64,000 nt of DNA from positions 18,992 through 82,991 of the forward strand of contig JAGQPR010000001.1 in NCBI GenBank assembly GCA_020426625.1. The letters are read 5' to 3'. A model generated the notes under the pieces. That model made no database searches, had not been told where the DNA came from, and saw nothing but the letters and a program-made list of their open reading frames with translations. How positions within the stretch are numbered: position 1 is the first letter of the stretch; each line of letters opens with the position of its first letter. Origin of the DNA: Planctomycetales bacterium (GTDB taxonomy: Bacteria > Planctomycetota > Planctomycetia > Pirellulales > Pirellulaceae). A program made the position numbers and the translations under genes. Positions 47,547 to 59,682 of the stretch are shown here, piece by piece.

Positions 47547-48917
47547 CTACATATCGATTTCGTATCCTTTGCGACTTTCTCGGGAGAGGAATGCAGCCGC
47601 CTCCTCGTCTCCAACAATGGTACGCTTTTCCGGATCCCATTGAAGCTCGCGTCCTAAACGGATGGCAATGTTTGCCAGGTGGCAGGTTTCGAGCATTCGA
47701 TTGTGAGTCCAAACGTCAGAGATTGGCTGCTTTCGAGTCTGCATGGCTGCAATGAGGTTCGCAGTGTGGTTCTCGCTGACCGGTCCGCCATAGACTTCTT
47801 CCACTGCGTTCTCTGGCAGCGGATTGTTCTCAAGGTCTTCAACGGGCTTGCCAGACAAACGGCCGCGATTGACAAAGAAACGTCCCTTTGTCCCTTCGAA
47901 CAGAATGCCGTTGTCGCCTTCGCTGGTAATGACCAGCGGGATATCGCCAGGCATGTTTGCGTGGATTTCGAACTTTGTCGGCGAATTGTACTGATCAGCG
48001 ACTGTGGGATAGCCATCCTTGTAATCGACCGGCAGTGAATAACTCACAGGCGTGATCTTGTTTGGGCCGGTGTGACCGGCACCGAGAGCCCAGGTCGCGA
48101 TGTCGACGTGGTGAGCGCCCCAATCATTCATCTGACCACCTGAATATTCGTACCAATTCCGCCATGCGTAGTGGCAATTGGTGTAGAGCGGCACGCCGCC
48201 GCCGTATCCTCTCCGCATCTCCGGCAGTGCTCGATAGGGTACTTTCGGTGCTGGGCCAAGCCACACATCCCAATCAAGACCTTCAGGAACATCAATCGCA
48301 GGGATTACCGGTGATCCGGTTGCACCGTTGATTCCACAAGTCACCTTTCGAATCTCTCCAATTCGCCCGGCACGGATCAATGCGATGGCTTTCAAGAACC
48401 GTTGGTCGTTTTCCGTGCGCTGCATGGTTCCGACCTGGAAGACACGGCCGGTCTGTTTCACAATTCTTTCAATCAGCTTGCCTTCATCGATTGTCAGTGT
48501 CAGAGGTTTCTCGCAGTAGACGTCCTTCCCCGCAAGCATTGCTTCAACTGCTATCTTTGTATGCCAGTGGTCCGGTGTGGCGATCATCACTGCGTCAATG
48601 TCGTCTCGTTCGAGAACCTTTCGGTAATCGTTATAGCCGTCCGCTGCCTTGCCAGTTTTGTCTTTTAGTTTCTCGTTGACAGCCCCAAGCACGTTGGCGT
48701 CGACATCAGCAAGGGCTGCAAAGTCGGCAAACTTTGTCGACTTTTCGGTGATCGTCCAGCCCTGATTGCGTAAGCCAATGGTTGCAAAGACAGGTCGCTC
48801 GTTCGGCGACTCCTGAGCCAAGGATAAATTGCTTGTACCTGCAAAAACCCCAGCGCCTGTGAGGGCGGAAGTGGCTTGAATAAAACGACGGCGGTTCAGG
48901 TGAGACGACTTGGTCAT
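47547..48917 (-). CDS. Tat-exported Gfo/Idh/MocA family oxidoreductase
   Basis: 456 aa with twin-arginine 'NRRRFIQATSALTGAGVFAG'. It has a Rossmann N-terminus and the family motif 'VYCEKPLT'. Confidence 0.88.
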   Translation of the reverse strand: MTKSSHLNRRRFIQATSALTGAGVFAGTSNLSLAQESPNERPVFATIGLRNQGWTITEKSTKFADFAALADVDANVLGAVNEKLKDKTGKAADGYNDYRKVLERDDIDAVMIATPDHWHTKIAVEAMLAGKDVYCEKPLTLTIDEGKLIERIVKQTGRVFQVGTMQRTENDQRFLKAIALIRAGRIGEIRKVTCGINGATGSPVIPAIDVPEGLDWDVWLGPAPKVPYRALPEMRRGYGGGVPLYTNCHYAWRNWYEYSGGQMNDWGAHHVDIATWALGAGHTGPNKITPVSYSLPVDYKDGYPTVADQYNSPTKFEIHANMPGDIPLVITSEGDNGILFEGTKGRFFVNRGRLSGKPVEDLENNPLPENAVEEVYGGPVSENHTANLIAAMQTRKQPISDVWTHNRMLETCHLANIAIRLGRELQWDPEKRTIVGDEEAAAFLSRESRKGYEIDM

Positions 48918-49124
48918 TTGAGTCCTCTTAAGTAAGTACCGAGAATGAGTTAACGAGACGAAACGGAATGGGGTCAGACTAATTTTCCTAGATCATTGAA
49001 ACGTAAACAAATTTGCTTCATCAGGTGAGCTTCTTTCCGTCCGTGGAATACGTGGCGCCTCTTGTGTGCCGCGCGAAGTGCTGGAGGAAGCTGACGCTGT
49101 TGTTCGACCGATTCTTTCATTTGA

Positions 49125-50996
49125 TCAGCGTCCCACTTTCATCGGAATACCTGTTGGGCTTGGAGCTTCATCAGTGTTCGATGGCGGACCGAGGATTTCG
49201 GTGAACACTGCTTTCAGTCCGTCCGCCCAGACATCATAGGCAGGTATTTCAAGATGCAATCCGTCGCCTGAATACCCTGGCAAGAACTTCCCATCGCTGC
49301 CGGTAAGCTGTTCGTTAATATTGAGAAACTGGCAGTTGTGTTTCATCGCGAGAGACTGAAAGCGTTCATTGATGCTCTCGATAGCAGTCCGAAGCTTGGG
49401 GTTTTGGTCACGTGGAAATAAGCCCGTCAAAACAATCGACGCGTCGGGGCAACGCTTATTGAACTCAACGATGATGGCTTCGATGCCGTTGACCACATCG
49501 TCTATCGTTTCCCGACTTGCTTCGCCATTCCATGGCAAGTTGTTGGTACCTGCCTGCAGGACGACAACCTTTGGTTGAACCTGGTTCAGCTCGCCGTTCT
49601 GCATTCGCCAAAGAATGTTGTGGGTGTTGTCACCGCCCCAAGCGAAATTGGCTGCATTCCATCCGCGGAAGCTTTGATTCCAGTGCTCAAGCAATTGCGG
49701 GTAGTCGGTGGCACCCCAGCGACGTGTGATCGAGTCACCTTGGAAATAGATGTCAATCTTGCCTTGTTTCGTCTTTTGCAGCAGCTGGTCGTGGGCTGCC
49801 CGGGACAGCTCGTCCCTTCGCTCGTGCGCTGCGTGACCGGCTTCTCGCTGAAGCAGCTGAATCACCTTTCCGTATGCGGGCTTCGGTTTGAGCTCGCGAT
49901 CGAACAACAACGGGTAGTTTTTACGCTGCCACGGAAAATAATTCAGCCAGCTTTGTCCGTCATGCAGGTTCCAAAATGAAACGCGTTCGATGACGTCTTG
50001 ATACTCATCGAAGAGGCGAAACAATGCGACATACTGCTCGATCTGTTGATCTTCGATATCTGTAGGCAGTCCATCCTTGTAGGGATCATAGCTCTTCAGC
50101 TCTTCGCGAAACTTGCCCTCCTCCGCCCACCATTTTCCACGAGTCACGACATCGATATCCAACTCAGAAACCACAACCTTGAGATCGAGTTCGCGCAGCG
50201 CATCGAACGTATCGCGCAGCTGATTTAGCGAGCTGTCGCCAAGCTCGAAGTGTCCCTGCATCCCGTAAGCGTCAACCGGGACACCGCGTTCTTTCAGTTC
50301 CGTCAACAAGCGAATGAGCTTCTTTCTTTTTTCTGGAAAGTGGCAGTTGTAATCATTGTAGATCAGGATCGCATCCGGGGCATGCTCTCTGGCCGTGCGA
50401 AATGCCGTCTCGATGAATTCGATTCCAGCGGTTCGACTGTACACGGAGTCACGGAGGTAACCTTCGCTCCCATCAGCAAGCGCCTCGTTTACGACGTCCC
50501 ACATCGTTGCCGTCTCTCGATACCGGCGAACGACAGTTTCGATGTGATTCTCGATGCGGTCGAGCAGCATTTCTTTTGAGACCGGAGCACCATCATTCCC
50601 CAGTTTCATCCATTCGTCGGTTCGATCGTCCTTGGCCCAAACGAGGCAATGGCCAACAACCTCTAAACCTCTGCTTTCGGCAAACTCAACGAAGCGATCC
50701 GGGGCGGCAAAGCTCCACGTATCCTCTGCCGGGTGAATGCTCTGCGGCTTCATACAGTTCTCTGGTGTCAAGATCTGGAACTGCCTCTCGATCAGCGCGG
50801 CACAGCTCGAGTCGCCAAGTACCGACTCACCAACTCCAACACCGATTTTGAAACGTTCGCCCACAACGCTCTTCAGAGATGGAGTGCTCGCATCTGCCTC
50901 ATGCTCCTGCGCGGTCGAGAGGCTAGCTTGGCTGATATGCAATGCAATGAACCCAAGAATTACCAGCCAGAGAGTGCGCATCGAAAGGGCTTGCAT
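49125..50996 (-). CDS. bifunctional GH10 endo-1,4-beta-xylanase / SGNH (GDSL-like) esterase, secreted
   Basis: 623 aa with a signal peptide. The GH10 motifs are 'LTPENCMKPQSIHP', 'WDVVNEA', 'YNDYN', 'GMQGHF' and 'VSELDIDV'. The C-terminal SGNH blocks are 'FQGDSITRRWG', 'AWGGDNT', 'QAGTNN' and 'GDGLHL'. Confidence 0.88.
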   Translation of the reverse strand: MQALSMRTLWLVILGFIALHISQASLSTAQEHEADASTPSLKSVVGERFKIGVGVGESVLGDSSCAALIERQFQILTPENCMKPQSIHPAEDTWSFAAPDRFVEFAESRGLEVVGHCLVWAKDDRTDEWMKLGNDGAPVSKEMLLDRIENHIETVVRRYRETATMWDVVNEALADGSEGYLRDSVYSRTAGIEFIETAFRTAREHAPDAILIYNDYNCHFPEKRKKLIRLLTELKERGVPVDAYGMQGHFELGDSSLNQLRDTFDALRELDLKVVVSELDIDVVTRGKWWAEEGKFREELKSYDPYKDGLPTDIEDQQIEQYVALFRLFDEYQDVIERVSFWNLHDGQSWLNYFPWQRKNYPLLFDRELKPKPAYGKVIQLLQREAGHAAHERRDELSRAAHDQLLQKTKQGKIDIYFQGDSITRRWGATDYPQLLEHWNQSFRGWNAANFAWGGDNTHNILWRMQNGELNQVQPKVVVLQAGTNNLPWNGEASRETIDDVVNGIEAIIVEFNKRCPDASIVLTGLFPRDQNPKLRTAIESINERFQSLAMKHNCQFLNINEQLTGSDGKFLPGYSGDGLHLEIPAYDVWADGLKAVFTEILGPPSNTDEAPSPTGIPMKVGR

Positions 50997-51479
50997 TGAA
51001 CACCGAGAATTAGGGTCTTGTAGGGCGCGCCTTGGCGGCTGATACGCGTCGGTTGGACGTGGCTACCTATCTGCAGCAAGGCCGTTGCCCAACGCGTGAA
51101 ATTCCTCTGCCGTAGTACAGTTTACATCGTGCGTCTGGAAAAGCGTACCCCACGATGAAGTTCGGATCGAGGCACGTGGATTATCCGAAGACAGATGGTG
51201 ATCCTCCTGCAGGAATCACCTTTCGGTTCTGAGTCTGGAAACCTGAGCGTGTAAATCCCTTGATCAAACTACGGAAATTATGAATCCATAAAAGGGGGTA
51301 GGCTGTGCAAGTAATTCCCTTCGCGCACTCAGGTTCAAAATCCCCGGTGGATAGCGATATTTCTCCTCTTCATCATCAGTGGGTGAAGGAAACGGAGGGA
51401 TTCGCGAAACCTTCGGCATTCCCATGGTTGATGCGTCTAGGCATGAGCTCTCGCTTACCCTTGTCCCTTCAGTATGTAA

Positions 51480-51508
51480 AATTCCTCCATTGTGGTGCGC
51501 AATTCCTC
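51480..51508 (+). promoter_or_regulatory. direct repeat 'aattcctc' spaced 21 bp (candidate AraC/XylR-type operator)
   Basis: 'aattcctc' occurs at 51480-51487 and 51501-51508, with a third copy at 51100-51107. All lie in the 687-bp divergent region between the GH10-SGNH gene and the 1535-aa gene. Confidence 0.2.
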
Positions 51509-51683
51509 ATGGAATCGTGGGGGAAACTGGCTATAAAGAGATGGCGACACGAAATGCCATTCAGTTGTTTCAACGAGGTCCTCGGCAGCTGCTTGGGGGA
51601 TTTGCATTTCTGCACCACGCCAATTGCCACACAGACTGGCAACTCAAAGAAGAATTCAACCCATCGATCAACCGGAATCAAAT

Positions 51684-54600
51684 ATGAAGACCGTGGACTG
51701 TGCATTGATAGCGACCGCCTTCATTTTCGCCACTTTGCTAAACTGCTCAGTAGTTTCAGCTGAAGATGGCCCGAATGCAGATTCATCTGTCTCTGTCCTC
51801 ATGCTGGGCGATTCTGGCTTTCACAAGCCATCAGAGTTTTATCGCCACATCGCCGAACCGCTGGCAGAAAAAGGGATCAAACTACGCTACACCGAGGATT
51901 TGAGTGAGCTTAAGCGAGACAACCTATCGAAATTCGATGGGCTGCTGATTTTTGCCAATATCGAAAGGATTAACCCAGAGGCTGAATCCGCATTGCTTGA
52001 GTTCGTAAATGAGGGGGGAGGGTTGATTCCAGTCCACTGCGCATCTTTTTGTTTTCTGAACTCAGAAAAGTATATCGAGTTGGTTGGGGGCCAGTTTCAA
52101 AGCCACGGGTTCACTCGATTCGAAACCGAGATCGTTAAACCAGATCATCCGATCATGGCTGGCCTCAAGCCTGTTCAGTCGACGGACGAGAGCTATCGGC
52201 ACAGCAAGTTGAATTCAGACAAGACCGTCTTGGAGACTCGCAGCAGTGAGTCGGGACCAGTGAGCGATCCGAATGGCGAGCCCTACACTTGGGTTCGAAC
52301 GCCTGGCAAAGGCCGCGTGTTTTATACCGCGTGGGGACACGACCATCGGACATGGTCCAACGTTGACTTCCAGCGATTGCTGGCCCGCGGGACGCTTTGG
52401 GCTTGTGGGCAAACGTTGACAGCGTTTTCCGCCGACGATTCGATCGAACCGAGAGCTGTCGCCGTCAATGCCGCAAATCGCCCGTTCTCAGCTCCAGAGG
52501 TGGAGCTACCATCGCTAGACGATCAAACTTTTTCATCGAGCGACGTTGGCGCAAAGATCCCCAACTACACGCCGGGTGCTCAGTGGGGAACGCAAGCTGA
52601 GCCGTTCTCATCGATGCAAGATCCGCTGCAAGCAGAAAAGTCGATCGACGCCTTCGCAACCCCGAAGGGAATGGAGCTCTCAATCTGGGCGAAAGAGTCG
52701 AGCGAGAATTGGCCCAATCAAGATACCTCGAACCCGGAAATCGCTGGCCTGAAAGGAAAGCCGATCGCGATGAATTGGGACGAAAACGGTCGTCTTTGGG
52801 TCTGCGAAACGGTGGATTATCCGAACGAACTCAAAGAGAAGCCGGCTGTCGGACGTGACCGGATCAAGATCTGCGAAGACACCGATAACGACGGCCAAGC
52901 TGACAGATTTACGGTGTTCGCCGAGAACTTGAGCATTCCGTCAACTCTTGTCTGCTACCGAGGCGGAGCGATCGTTCAAGACGGCCAGACGACCATCTAT
53001 CTGAAAGACACCAACGGTGATGGAAAAGCTGACTTCCGACAATCGCTGATCACGGGTTGGGCCATGGGTGATACGCATGGCGGCGTGAGCAACTTCCAGT
53101 ACGGTCCTGACAATTGGATCTGGGGGATGCAGGGATACAACAACTCGCAACCAATCATCAACGGCCAGGAGCAACAGAGATTTCGCCAGGGCTTCTGGCG
53201 TTTCAAAGTCCGCGCGGGGGCTTCGGACGAAACGGCTCCGGCGTTTGCGATCGACGCCGCCTCTAATGCGGTATCCGAGACTGCGACTGACGAGTTTGAC
53301 AAACACACCATCCGAGTTGATGCACTCGAATTCATCCGTGGGACGAACAACAACACATGGGGGCTGGGGTTCAGCGAAGAGGGCTACGTCTTTGGTTCAA
53401 CTGCCAACGGATGCCCCAGCGTTCACATGCCGATTCCCAATCGCTATTACGATCGTGTTGCTGGTTGGTCACCGGAAACTTTGGGTCCTATTTCGGAGAC
53501 TTTCCGATTCAACCCAATCGACGACAAGATTCGCCAGGTTGATTACCACGGCGGCTATACGGCGGCCTGCGGTTCTGCGATCTACACTGCCCGAAATTAT
53601 CCGGAAACTTGGTGGAACCGCATTCAGATGGTTTGTGGTCCGACCGGACACCTGGTTGGGGCTTTCGTGCTTGAAAAAGACGGCGCAGGTTATCGAAGCC
53701 GCAATGCGTTCAACACCGTTGCGAGCATAGACGATTGGTCTGCGCCGATCATGTCGGAGGTTGGGCCCGACGGCAACGTATGGGTCATCGATTGGTACAA
53801 CTACATCGTGCAACACAACCCAACGCCGAACGGTTTCCAGACCGGTAAAGGTGCCGCCTACGAGAGCGATTTGAGAGACAAACGTTTTGCGCGTGTGTAC
53901 CGATTGCTTGTGGATGAATCCGCCAGTCGTTCGCCATCGAGCGCATTGCAACTGGCCGAGGCCAGCAACGAAGGACTCGTCGAGGCGTTGCGAAGCGATA
54001 ACTTCTTCTGGCGTCGAACTGCCCAGCGGCTTCTGGTGGAGCGAGAAGCCACGGATGCATCGACGTTGGACGCTCTGACTGCGTTGGTCAAGCAAGCGGA
54101 GGTCGATGAAATCGGTTTGTGTCCCGCCGCGATGCATGCGATTTGGACGCTCGCCGGTCTGGCGGATTCAGGTAGCGTTGCAGCTAGCGACGCACTCGCC
54201 GCAGCTTGCGAACTTGGCTTCAAGCACGTCTCCAGTCCAGTGCGGAATGCAGCCGTCGGGGTCTGCAATCAAGACCAACTTGCAGCCGCGATTGACTTGG
54301 GGTTGCAAACAGACGTTGATCCAAAAGTCCGTCTGACGTTGCTGCTGCGTATCGCCGACAGTGATGCAGCAAGTGTGATCGATGGCAACGGGCTAGTGAA
54401 GTTGCTTCCTTCAATTCAAACAGATGACGTCTTGTTAGATGCTTGGACCTCGGCAGCTTCGACTGATCCCGCGGTGGCCATCGTGGCGATGACCAAGTCG
54501 GAGCAATCGTCGACGGCCACGAATGCGAAAGCAGCCTCCGTACTGGCTGAACACCTCGCCCGCAGTCGCCCGTCGGCAGAACAAATCAGCCAGCTTCTGC

Positions 54601-56291
54601 AGATCGATCCCAATGCGAAGCTTGCAGTGACTGTGTGGGAAAGTCTCGCAAAAGGCTGGCCGCGAGACCTAACGATTCTCTTGCCCGCGTCATCTCAAAA
54701 ACTGGTGCGCGAGCGGTTTCTCTCGGACCAGGCATCCGTCGAGAGCAAAGCTGCTATTCTATCCGTCGCTGATAAATGGTCTGTGGAAAACTTGGCTGAC
54801 ATTGTCGGCGAGATTCAAGGCGAATTGCTCACCACCGCCTTGAATGAGGGTGCCGCCACGGACGAACGCCTTAGCGCTTGGGATCAGTCGATTCGTCTTG
54901 CCCCGACCAGCCCGAAAATACTCGACGCCTTGGAAGAATTCTTCACACCACAACTTTCCCCAGCTACTGGCGTTGAGGCTTTACGCTCTCTTCAAAACGC
55001 TCGGGTCGATGGTCTAAGCGAATCGCTTTTGGGTCTGCGAACATCGCTGGGACCGAAGCTCGGTAGTGAAGTTCTTACCCTTCTCCTGTCGCGATCGGAA
55101 ACGACGGAGTCGCTCCTGGATGCAATTACCAACGGTGACGTGCAGTTCAATGACTTGCAATTGGACCAGCGACAGGCGCTGCTCAACCACCCGACAGCCG
55201 AAATCGCTGCTCGTGCAAAGAACTTGATGGAGTCGCGTGGTGCGATGGTCGCATCCAATCGACAAGCATTGGTTGACCAGTGGATGCCAGTCATCGGACA
55301 AGACGGTGATGTCGTCAATGGACTTGCGATGTTCAAGAAACATTGCTCAGCATGCCACATCCACGGCGAAGTTGGAAACGAGATTGGTCCCAACCTCACC
55401 GGCATGTCCGTACATCCGAAGGAAGAGATTTTAATCAACGTGCTTGATCCATCACGTAGCGTTGAAAACAACTTCCGCACCTATCAAATCTTGACGGTTG
55501 ACGGAAACGTGCTGTCCGGAATGCTCTCTGGTGAATCGGCGAATTCTCTGCGTATCGTCGATACCCAAGGAAAAGAGAAGCTGGTCCTTCGAGAGGATAT
55601 TGAACGACTGACGTCGTCTCCCAAGTCGCTCATGCCCGAAGGATTTGAGAGCCAGTTGACCAAAGCGGAAATGGCGGACCTGTTGTCGTTCTTGGCCAAA
55701 CGCGGCAAGTACGCTCCACTGAGTCTTTCCAGCGTGGCGACCATCAACAGCACTAAAGGCCTTCCCGGATTCCGCGATCGTCCCGGCGATAAATTCGAAC
55801 TCGAATCTTACGGCCGCGTCCAAGTCGAAGGAGTTCCCTTTGAATTGATCGACCCGCAAGGTGATCGAATCGCAAACATCATTGGCTTGCAATCTCGCTC
55901 ACCCCGAAGACCGAGCACCCTTCCGGAGTCGGTGAGCGTTGCATGCTCAGGACACGTCGACGCGATTCACTTGCTGGGAGGTGTCGCCTGGGCGGCCTAC
56001 CCAAGATTCAGGAACGAAACGCCCAGCATGATCGTCCGCCGGCATTACGGCGATGGCTCAGTGAGTGATTATGAACTGATCAATGGCAAACACATCGTGA
56101 CCTATGAAGCAGGTGAAGATGTACCTGAATCAACGTTCGCCATCAAAGCCTTCGGCAAGCAAGTTCGCTACTTGAAGATTCCTGCGGACTCGGACAAGGA
56201 ACTTACAAAGCTCGAGTTTCTCAAGAGTGGGGATTTTTCGATTCCACTTGTCTTTGCCGTAACCGTCGAGTTCGCTGGCACCGGCCACTAG
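51684..56291 (+). CDS. multidomain secreted redox protein: ThuA-like domain + glucose/sorbosone-dehydrogenase-like beta-propeller ('membrane-bound dehydrogenase' domain) + HEAT-like repeats + CxxCH heme-binding domain + unknown C-terminal domain
   Basis: 1535 aa from the ATG at 51684 (signal 'ALIATAFIFATLLNCSVVSA'). ThuA-like motifs are 'GGGLIPVHCA' and 'GKGRVFYTAWGHD'. The dehydrogenase part has 'IAMNWDENGRLWVCETVDYPNE...CEDTDNDGQAD'. The heme domain is 'FKKHCSACHIHGEVGNEIGPNLTG...SLMPEG'. The last ~190 aa are unassigned. Confidence 0.85.
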   Translation: MKTVDCALIATAFIFATLLNCSVVSAEDGPNADSSVSVLMLGDSGFHKPSEFYRHIAEPLAEKGIKLRYTEDLSELKRDNLSKFDGLLIFANIERINPEAESALLEFVNEGGGLIPVHCASFCFLNSEKYIELVGGQFQSHGFTRFETEIVKPDHPIMAGLKPVQSTDESYRHSKLNSDKTVLETRSSESGPVSDPNGEPYTWVRTPGKGRVFYTAWGHDHRTWSNVDFQRLLARGTLWACGQTLTAFSADDSIEPRAVAVNAANRPFSAPEVELPSLDDQTFSSSDVGAKIPNYTPGAQWGTQAEPFSSMQDPLQAEKSIDAFATPKGMELSIWAKESSENWPNQDTSNPEIAGLKGKPIAMNWDENGRLWVCETVDYPNELKEKPAVGRDRIKICEDTDNDGQADRFTVFAENLSIPSTLVCYRGGAIVQDGQTTIYLKDTNGDGKADFRQSLITGWAMGDTHGGVSNFQYGPDNWIWGMQGYNNSQPIINGQEQQRFRQGFWRFKVRAGASDETAPAFAIDAASNAVSETATDEFDKHTIRVDALEFIRGTNNNTWGLGFSEEGYVFGSTANGCPSVHMPIPNRYYDRVAGWSPETLGPISETFRFNPIDDKIRQVDYHGGYTAACGSAIYTARNYPETWWNRIQMVCGPTGHLVGAFVLEKDGAGYRSRNAFNTVASIDDWSAPIMSEVGPDGNVWVIDWYNYIVQHNPTPNGFQTGKGAAYESDLRDKRFARVYRLLVDESASRSPSSALQLAEASNEGLVEALRSDNFFWRRTAQRLLVEREATDASTLDALTALVKQAEVDEIGLCPAAMHAIWTLAGLADSGSVAASDALAAACELGFKHVSSPVRNAAVGVCNQDQLAAAIDLGLQTDVDPKVRLTLLLRIADSDAASVIDGNGLVKLLPSIQTDDVLLDAWTSAASTDPAVAIVAMTKSEQSSTATNAKAASVLAEHLARSRPSAEQISQLLQIDPNAKLAVTVWESLAKGWPRDLTILLPASSQKLVRERFLSDQASVESKAAILSVADKWSVENLADIVGEIQGELLTTALNEGAATDERLSAWDQSIRLAPTSPKILDALEEFFTPQLSPATGVEALRSLQNARVDGLSESLLGLRTSLGPKLGSEVLTLLLSRSETTESLLDAITNGDVQFNDLQLDQRQALLNHPTAEIAARAKNLMESRGAMVASNRQALVDQWMPVIGQDGDVVNGLAMFKKHCSACHIHGEVGNEIGPNLTGMSVHPKEEILINVLDPSRSVENNFRTYQILTVDGNVLSGMLSGESANSLRIVDTQGKEKLVLREDIERLTSSPKSLMPEGFESQLTKAEMADLLSFLAKRGKYAPLSLSSVATINSTKGLPGFRDRPGDKFELESYGRVQVEGVPFELIDPQGDRIANIIGLQSRSPRRPSTLPESVSVACSGHVDAIHLLGGVAWAAYPRFRNETPSMIVRRHYGDGSVSDYELINGKHIVTYEAGEDVPESTFAIKAFGKQVRYLKIPADSDKELTKLEFLKSGDFSIPLVFAVTVEFAGTGH

Positions 56292-59627
<3,336 letters not shown>

Positions 59628-59682
59628 GCCAGTTCGATAAGAGACTCCATCAACCTCCAAAAACAAATACGGATCTCTTTGC

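Noticed and set aside
51305-51763. 152-aa ORF overlapping the start of the 1535-aa gene.
   Set aside because: Its composition is not protein-like and it has no motifs. It overlaps the well-supported signal peptide and start at 51684, so I treat the region as regulatory DNA.
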